From Dehalococcoidia bacterium (GTDB taxonomy: Bacteria; Chloroflexota; Dehalococcoidia; Lucifugimonadales; Australimonadaceae): 64,000 nucleotides of DNA. The position numbers were made by a program, and so were the translations under genes. The stretch is taken from assembly GCA_963579135.1 (NCBI GenBank), contig CAUZFB010000004.1, positions 11,583 through 75,582 of the forward strand. Reading direction: 5' to 3'. Positions 58,572 to 64,000 of the stretch are shown here, piece after piece; the first letter of the stretch is position 1; each line of letters opens with the position of its first letter. The notes under the pieces are model-generated. The model was not told the DNA's origin. It saw only the letters and a program-made list of their open reading frames with translations, and did not search any database.

Positions 58572-58652
58572 CGGGGCGCCGCCTGCGCCTATCTCTAGCG
58601 TGGGCCAGAGTTTGTACGCCGTGTTTCGTGATCAACGAGCATACCCCCCACG

Positions 58653-59969
58653 GTGAGAGGGATTTTCTTGCCCGCATACGGAATCATCGGAGCCCAATGG
58701 GGCGACGAAGGCAAAGGCAAGGTCGTCGATTTCCTGTCTGAGCGCGCGGACTTTGTCGTTCGTTTCTCAGGTGGCAACAACGCTGGCCACACCGTCATCA
58801 ACGATAAGGGGGAGTTCGCGCTCCACCTCGTACCCGCTGGTATCTTCTGGCCACATTGTTTTTCGGTCATCGGCCCCGGCGTCGTCATCGATCCCCAAGC
58901 GCTGCTGGATGAGATCGATAATCTCGAATCTCGCAGCGTAGACACTAGTGGCCTCCTAATCAGCGATCACGCTCACGTCGTCATGCCCTACCACGTCCAG
59001 CTAGACCGGCTGGAAGAGGCCGCGCGGGGCGAGCACGCCATCGGCACGACCGGCCGTGGCATCGGTCCCGCATATGTCGACAAGACAGCCCGTGCGGGCA
59101 TCCGCATCGGCGACCTCCTCGACCCTCCCTATCTAAAAGAACGATTGACCAGTGTCGTCGCCGCCAAGAATCTGGTGCTCACCAAGGTCTACGACTCTGA
59201 CCCAATCGATCTCGACGCCCTGTACGAGCGGTGCATAGCATTCGGCGCTAAGCTAGAGCGCTACGTTACTTCCGTCGAGCAACGGGTGAGCGACGCACTG
59301 GTGCGAGGCGAGCGGGTCGTTCTCGAAGGCGCACAGGGCGCGCTCCTGGACCTGGATCACGGCACCTACCCGTACGTCACCTCATCGTCGGTGTCGATCG
59401 GAGGCGCGTGCACCGGCCTTGGGATACCGCCGCAGAAGATCGAGAGCATCATCGGCGTGTTCAAGGCTTACTCCACTCGCGTGGGTGCGGGCCCGATGAC
59501 CTCCGAGCTCAATGACGCCACCGGAGAACATATCCGCGAGGTCGCACAAGAGTACGGGGCCACGACCGGCCGCGCCCGCCGTGTCGGCTGGTTCGACGCC
59601 ATAGCGGCAGCTCACAGCGCGGCCATCAACGGCTTCACTTCCGCTGTCCTTACCCGCCTCGACGTTCTCGACGGCATGCCCAGCATCCAGATTTGCATCG
59701 CCTACGAGGCAGACGGCAAGCGCTACGATCGCTTCCCCAGCCTCCCTGGCCTGCTAGCGCGGGCGAAGCCCGTCCTTGAAGAGATGCCCGGATGGAGCAC
59801 GCCGACGGCAGGCGTGACCGACATCAATGAACTACCGTCAGAAGCGCGGGCCTACGTCGATCGCATCCAAGAGATTATCGGGTGTCCAATCGACCTCATC
59901 TCGACAGGCCCAAAGAGACATGAGAGCATCACCGTCCGGGCCATCGTGCCAGACGCGCCCGTGGCGTAA
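58653..59969 (+). CDS. purA: Adenylosuccinate synthetase
   Basis: 'GAQWGDEGKGKVVD', 'GGNNAGHTV', 'GTTGRGIGPAY', 'LEGAQG.LLD.DHGTYPYVTSS' and 'TTGR.RR.GWFD' are present. The exact start is uncertain (GTG 58653 or TTG 58669). Confidence 0.95.
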   Translation: MRGIFLPAYGIIGAQWGDEGKGKVVDFLSERADFVVRFSGGNNAGHTVINDKGEFALHLVPAGIFWPHCFSVIGPGVVIDPQALLDEIDNLESRSVDTSGLLISDHAHVVMPYHVQLDRLEEAARGEHAIGTTGRGIGPAYVDKTARAGIRIGDLLDPPYLKERLTSVVAAKNLVLTKVYDSDPIDLDALYERCIAFGAKLERYVTSVEQRVSDALVRGERVVLEGAQGALLDLDHGTYPYVTSSSVSIGGACTGLGIPPQKIESIIGVFKAYSTRVGAGPMTSELNDATGEHIREVAQEYGATTGRARRVGWFDAIAAAHSAAINGFTSAVLTRLDVLDGMPSIQICIAYEADGKRYDRFPSLPGLLARAKPVLEEMPGWSTPTAGVTDINELPSEARAYVDRIQEIIGCPIDLISTGPKRHESITVRAIVPDAPVA

Positions 59970-60042
59970 GGCCCGCAGGATCACGGACGCTATGATCCAA
60001 TCAACGGCGCAACAAGCGAACTAGCGAAAAGGGGAGCAACAG

Positions 60043-60951
60043 ATGAAGATCGGATTCTTCGACGACTGGACCCTCGGTGTGGTCAAGAACGACACCCACA
60101 TCGTGGACGTGTCAGAGGCGCTAGAGGGCGTGCACGCCCACGGCCCACAGGAACTCATCAAGCTCATCATCGCCAACTGGGATCAGGTGAAGGACGCTTT
60201 CCAGAACCTGGCTAACGTCTCCGAGGGCAAACCTCTCAGCGAGGTTAAGATGCGCCCCCCCATTCCGAGGCCTGACAAGATTGTCTGCATGGCAGTGAAT
60301 TACCTTGAGTACGGCCAGCGCCCGATGCCCCACATTGACGCCTTCCTCAAGGACTCCGATTGCGTGATTGGCGACGGCGACACCATTATCCTTGATGCCG
60401 AGGCACCCGCAACGATCTTCCACCACGAAGCTGAGCTCGCCGTCATCATCGGCCAGGACGCTGAGAACAAAGTCGACCAGAAGGATGCTTTGGACTACGT
60501 CTTCGGCTACACCGGTTTCATCGACGTTTCAGCCCGCAACATCGGCCCCGAGGGCCGCCCGAGCTTCTTTCAGACGAAATCGTGGCGTACGTTCGGACCC
60601 ATGGGCCCCTTCATCATCACCAAGGACGAGATCGACGACCCCCAGAACATCGACCTGGCCATCACGGTCAACGATGCTGGCCGCCAATCATTCAACACGT
60701 CGGACATGGCGCACCCGGTTGCGGAGTGCATCGAGTTCGCCACCCGGCAGTTCCCGCTTCACGCGGGGGACATCATCAGCACCGGCACCAACCACCAGGG
60801 CCTCGGCGCCCTCCAGAACGGCGACACGCTCAAATTCGAGGTCAGCAACGTTGGCTCGATAACGCTAAACGTCACTGACGCGCTGAACCGAGAGTGGGAT
60901 CGCGGAGTCGACGAAGAGATGGCAGCCCGCGCACGCAACGCGACAGCCTAG
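60043..60951 (+). CDS. Fumarylacetoacetate hydrolase (FAH) family protein
   Basis: 'KIVCMAVNY', 'HHEAELAVIIG', 'GYTGFIDVSAR' and 'GDIISTGT' are present. AAGGGGAG lies before the ATG. Confidence 0.85.
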   Translation: MKIGFFDDWTLGVVKNDTHIVDVSEALEGVHAHGPQELIKLIIANWDQVKDAFQNLANVSEGKPLSEVKMRPPIPRPDKIVCMAVNYLEYGQRPMPHIDAFLKDSDCVIGDGDTIILDAEAPATIFHHEAELAVIIGQDAENKVDQKDALDYVFGYTGFIDVSARNIGPEGRPSFFQTKSWRTFGPMGPFIITKDEIDDPQNIDLAITVNDAGRQSFNTSDMAHPVAECIEFATRQFPLHAGDIISTGTNHQGLGALQNGDTLKFEVSNVGSITLNVTDALNREWDRGVDEEMAARARNATA

Positions 60952-60975
60952 TCGCCGGGCACAAGCTACACAAAA

Positions 60976-61006
60976 GGGCCCGCCGATGATCGGCGGGCCC
61001 TTTTTC
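60976..61006 (+). terminator. Rho-independent terminator after the FAH-family gene
   Basis: GGGCCCGCCGAT-G-ATCGGCGGGCCC is followed by TTTTTCT and preceded by AAAA, so it is possibly bidirectional. Confidence 0.75.
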
Positions 61007-61343
61007 TCGCACCGGATCTTCTCGACTGCACCCAATCCCAACTGACTCGCATCCCACTGAATGCAGGACACCGCAGCGGCCTAGCAGACGACTCAAGGGG
61101 ATGCCTGATGCCAGCAGTAGCAATCGGAGCACGGGGGATCCTCGCAGAGATTGCAACCGTAGCCTGCGACAAGGCCGGCACCACTGGCGGATGTCCGGAC
61201 CTGCTTCGACGCTGCTGAAGAAGCCGTAGTGGTGGCGCTAAACGTTTGCTAGCGCCTGCCAAGCGGGCCAGCCATCTGCTGGGCCGCGACTATGCGTTGG
61301 TATCGCTGGTCCATGCGCTACACGTCGCTCCAAAGCGACGCGT

Positions 61344-61371
61344 TAGTCAAGACTTCATTCACCACTATAAT
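61344..61371 (+). promoter_or_regulatory. Putative dapB promoter: TAGTCA-N16-TATAAT, with the -10 ending 9 nt before the ATG (near-leaderless)
   Basis: TATAAT at 61366..61371, then CCCAGGACT, then ATG 61381. There is no Shine-Dalgarno sequence. Confidence 0.45.
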
Positions 61372-61380
61372 CCCAGGACT

Positions 61381-62184
61381 ATGACAAACGCTCAAAACAT
61401 CAAGGTCGTGGTGCACGGTGCGGCAGGTCGCGTGGGGCGAGAGGTGCTGCGCGCGGTGGACGCTGCGCCCGATATGACCCTCGTCGCGGCCATCGACCGC
61501 ATACCCCAGAACGAGCTCGAGCCCCTGCCAACCAACGTTCCTTACTATACCGATGCTCGCACGGGCTACATCGCTGCCGAGGCGGACGTGGTCGTGGACT
61601 TCTCCGTCGCGGCCGCCAGCTTCCCTATGATCCCGTTAGCGCTCGCGGCAGGCACGCGGCCCGTCATTGGCACCACTGGCTTTACGCAGGATCAGATCGC
61701 GTACCTCGGCGCGCAGTGTCAGGAACACAATCTTGGCGGCCTACTCGCCCCCAATTTCACCATCGGCGCTGTCCTCCTCGGCACGCTTGCCGCCATGGCC
61801 GCACCGTACTTTGAGTACGTCGACGTCTATGAAGAGCACCACGAGATGAAGGTAGACGCGCCCTCGGGCACGGCCCTCGGCCTCGCCAAATCCATCGCCG
61901 ACGCCCACCCGGAGGCATTCCAGCACAACGACCCCGAACGCGAACCTCTCGAAGGAACTCGCGGCGGAAACTACAACGGCATCAGCATCCACAGCTCTCG
62001 CATGCCCGGGCGCATGGCCCACCACCAGGTCACGTTCGGCGGCCCTGGGCAGACACTGACGCTCCGGCACGACACGAACAACCGTGAGTGCTACATGCCC
62101 GGAGTGCTGCTCGCCGTCCGCAAAGTCATGGGCCTCAGAGGGCTAACGGTTGGGTTGGACAAGCTCATGGGGTTAGCGGGCTAG
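61381..62184 (+). CDS. dapB: 4-hydroxy-tetrahydrodipicolinate reductase
   Basis: 'IKVVVHGAAGRVGREV', 'VVDFS', 'VIGTTGF', 'APNF' and 'EEHHEMKVDAPSGTA' are present. I chose the internal ATG 61381. The ORF track starts at 61246. Confidence 0.93.
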   Translation: MTNAQNIKVVVHGAAGRVGREVLRAVDAAPDMTLVAAIDRIPQNELEPLPTNVPYYTDARTGYIAAEADVVVDFSVAAASFPMIPLALAAGTRPVIGTTGFTQDQIAYLGAQCQEHNLGGLLAPNFTIGAVLLGTLAAMAAPYFEYVDVYEEHHEMKVDAPSGTALGLAKSIADAHPEAFQHNDPEREPLEGTRGGNYNGISIHSSRMPGRMAHHQVTFGGPGQTLTLRHDTNNRECYMPGVLLAVRKVMGLRGLTVGLDKLMGLAG

Positions 62185-62406
62185 GTTCTCGCACCGCTGG
62201 GGCTGTATCACGGCAACCTTGTCGCCTCACGCTAATGGTCATGCTCGCCATGTTGCGTCCCGACCACTAACGTCATAGTCGCGAGAACAACTGATGGCTC
62301 CGGCCTCTAGCCACGGTTACACTAGGTGCGCCGAAACGATCCCGTTCTTGTACTGATAGAGGCCCGCAATGAGCCGAAGCGTCCCGGAATCGGCCTGGAG
62401 TGCACC

Positions 62407-63435
62407 GTGAGTAACCCGCGAGTAGCCATTGTTGGCGCCACCGGCGCCGTGGGCCGAATAGCCCTGCAGATCCTAGAAGAGCGCGGATTCGCCATGGACG
62501 CCCTGCGGCTCACCGCGTCGCCTCGCTCCATCGGTAAGACTATGACATATGGGGGCCAGGAGGTCACCATCGAGGCGACCACAGCCGACCTCCTTGCGGA
62601 ATGCGACATCGCTTTCGTGTCTGCCAACGACGACATCTCCCAGCAAATCGGCCTCCTAGGCCCTCAGCAGGGCTGCGTAGTCATCGATGACAGCGGTGTC
62701 TGGCGCATGGACCCATCCGTGCCCCTCGTGGTGCCTGAGATCAATGCGGACGACGTGGACGGCCACAAGGGTGTTCTTGCCATCCCCAACTGCTCAACCA
62801 CGCCCCTCGCCATGACCCTTGCGGCCCTTGGTGCAAACAACCCGGTCAAGCGCGTGATCGCGTCGACGTACCAATCGGTATCCGGTACCGGCTCAGCCGC
62901 AGTGGCGGAATTGAACACGCAAGCCGCGCAGGTTCTCGCAGGCAAGCCCACCACAGCGGCGGCGTACCCTCACCAGATAGCGTTCAACGTGCTCCCCCAC
63001 ATTGGCTCACTCAAAGAGGACGGCTACTACTCCGAAGAGGTGAAGATGCGGCAGGAAACGCAGAAGATCCTGCACCAACCTGACATCGCCATCTCCACCA
63101 CCTGCGTCCGTGTGCCGGTGCCCATCTGCCACAGCGAAACGGTCAACATCGAGTTCGATCGCCCGTTTGACCCAGACGAAGCACGCTCGTTACTTGCAGC
63201 GTTCCCTGGGATCATCGTCGTCGACGACCCGGCCAACGCAAAGTACCCCATGCCCATCGATGCGTCCGGCACCGACGAGACGTACGTCGGCCGGATCCGC
63301 CAAGACTCCTCCCACCCGAACGGGCTGGCCCTCTGGATCGTGTCCGACAATCTGCGCAAAGGCGCGGCGACCAATGCGATCCAGATTGCCGAAGAGGTCG
63401 TCAAGCGCGGTGCATGGCTCCGCGAGCACGTCTAG
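62407..63435 (+). CDS. asd: Aspartate-semialdehyde dehydrogenase
   Basis: 'VAIVGATGAVGR', active site 'IPNCSTT', 'STYQSVSGTG' and 'VRVPV..CHSE' are present. GTG 62407 follows GGAG at 62396..62399. The ORF track starts at 62326. Confidence 0.93.
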   Translation: MSNPRVAIVGATGAVGRIALQILEERGFAMDALRLTASPRSIGKTMTYGGQEVTIEATTADLLAECDIAFVSANDDISQQIGLLGPQQGCVVIDDSGVWRMDPSVPLVVPEINADDVDGHKGVLAIPNCSTTPLAMTLAALGANNPVKRVIASTYQSVSGTGSAAVAELNTQAAQVLAGKPTTAAAYPHQIAFNVLPHIGSLKEDGYYSEEVKMRQETQKILHQPDIAISTTCVRVPVPICHSETVNIEFDRPFDPDEARSLLAAFPGIIVVDDPANAKYPMPIDASGTDETYVGRIRQDSSHPNGLALWIVSDNLRKGAATNAIQIAEEVVKRGAWLREHV

Positions 63436-63475
63436 CCCCCGCGCTCAGTTCTCGCAACCTGTGCTCCATGAGGGA

Positions 63476-63514
63476 GAGGCCTATGACGGGGGCTTCGCCC
63501 CCGTCATAGGCCTC
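63476..63514. terminator. Perfect 18-bp-stem hairpin between asd and dapA (terminator/attenuator or REP-like element)
   Basis: GAGGCCTATGACGGGGGC-TTC-GCCCCCGTCATAGGCCTC. No U-tract follows. Confidence 0.4.
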
Positions 63515-63577
63515 TGGGCGCTTGCGGGTGCCCCTGGTCAACGTTAGAGTTTCTCGAACAGCGCAAGGAGTCCCTGG

Positions 63578-64000
63578 ATGGCGAGCATTGGAAGACTGCT
63601 GACAGCGATGGTCACTCCGTTCGACGCAAGCGGTGAGGTTGACTACGCCCAGGCCAGGCTCCTCGCCAAAGCGCTCGTCGCATCCGGCAGCAATGGGCTC
63701 GTTGTCACCGGAACCACTGGTGAAAATCCCTCCCTTTTCCACGAGGAGAATTACCGGCTTTGGTCTGAAGTCAAAGAGGCCGTTGGGGATACCGCGACGG
63801 TCGTCGCGGGCTCAGGCACCAACGGTACGGGAGAAGCGATCAAACTCTCCCAGGACGCTGCACGCGCCGGCGTCGATGCCCTGCTCCAGGTCGTGCCGTA
63901 CTACAACAAGCCCACGCAAGAAGGGCTCTTCCGGCACTTCACTGCCCTCGCCGAGGCCACTCCGCTGCCGAACATTCTCTACAACGTCCCTTCTCGGACC
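63578..64000 (+). CDS. dapA: 4-hydroxy-tetrahydrodipicolinate synthase (3' end outside the window)
   Basis: 'LTAMVTPFD', 'GLVVTGTTGE', 'VVAGSGTN', 'VVPYYNKPTQEG' and 'LYNVPSRT' are present. AAGGAG lies 7 nt before ATG 63578. Confidence 0.93.
   Translation, partial: MASIGRLLTAMVTPFDASGEVDYAQARLLAKALVASGSNGLVVTGTTGENPSLFHEENYRLWSEVKEAVGDTATVVAGSGTNGTGEAIKLSQDAARAGVDALLQVVPYYNKPTQEGLFRHFTALAEATPLPNILYNVPSRT

Noticed and set aside
62330-62406. Lysine-riboswitch (L-box)-like fragments upstream of asd: 'GATAGAGGCCCGC', 'GAGCCGAAGCG', 'CCTGGAGTGCACC', with GGTGC...GCACC able to pair.
   Set aside because: The candidate is only about 50-90 nt long, whereas a canonical L-box is about 180 nt with five helices, and I could not place most of the conserved helices. 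A covariance-model scan (Rfam RF00168) would settle it. By eye it does not qualify.

Overview
This is a GC-rich, densely coding bacterial chromosomal segment with roughly 60 protein-coding genes. I recognised no rRNA, tRNA, CRISPR array, transposase or prophage. Most of the window is conserved housekeeping. It holds the 3' end of a topA-like gene followed by xerC-aroQ-pepP-efp-xseA-xseB, then the tig-clpP-clpX block on the minus strand, and aspS, folD, acpS-nnr, coaX-coaBC, valS, secA, nadK, ispH, prs-purM, purA and a dapB-asd-dapA lysine cluster that runs off the right edge. An accessory-looking, transporter-rich block at about 29.6-41.9 kb carries bdhA plus an acetoacetyl-CoA synthetase, an ACMSD-like amidohydrolase, an aldo/keto reductase, three MFS and two EamA transporters. 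A treT / ROK sugar kinase / large lipoprotein cluster sits at 54.2-58.5 kb. The gene content (SCO1664/DUF3090 pair, TreT, near-leaderless starts, high GC) suggests Chloroflexota or Actinomycetota, but this is only an inference. Findings:
- **Candidate selenoprotein (most interesting):** a small HesB/IscA-like ORF at 25184..25486 (-) has a single in-frame UGA where that fold normally has its conserved Cys, followed by a SECIS-like hairpin. The ORF track reports only its 3' part.
- **Decayed genes:** there are four clear relics (DinB/MDMPI-like, an MFS fragment, a PEBP gene with amber codons, and a prepilin peptidase with four in-frame stops and no frameshift) plus a short TreT N-terminal duplicate ORF.
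- **Uncharacterised pair:** a PI3/4-kinase-like SCO1664-family gene and a DUF3090 gene overlap each other.
- **Intergenic repeats and motifs:** these include a perfect tandem 24-bp repeat upstream of tig and a TTCTCGCA(C/A)C motif recurring around dapB/asd/dapA.
- **Near-leaderless starts:** several genes have a -10-like hexamer 8-9 nt before the ATG and no Shine-Dalgarno sequence.

All homology calls come from reading motifs by eye. No database search was run.
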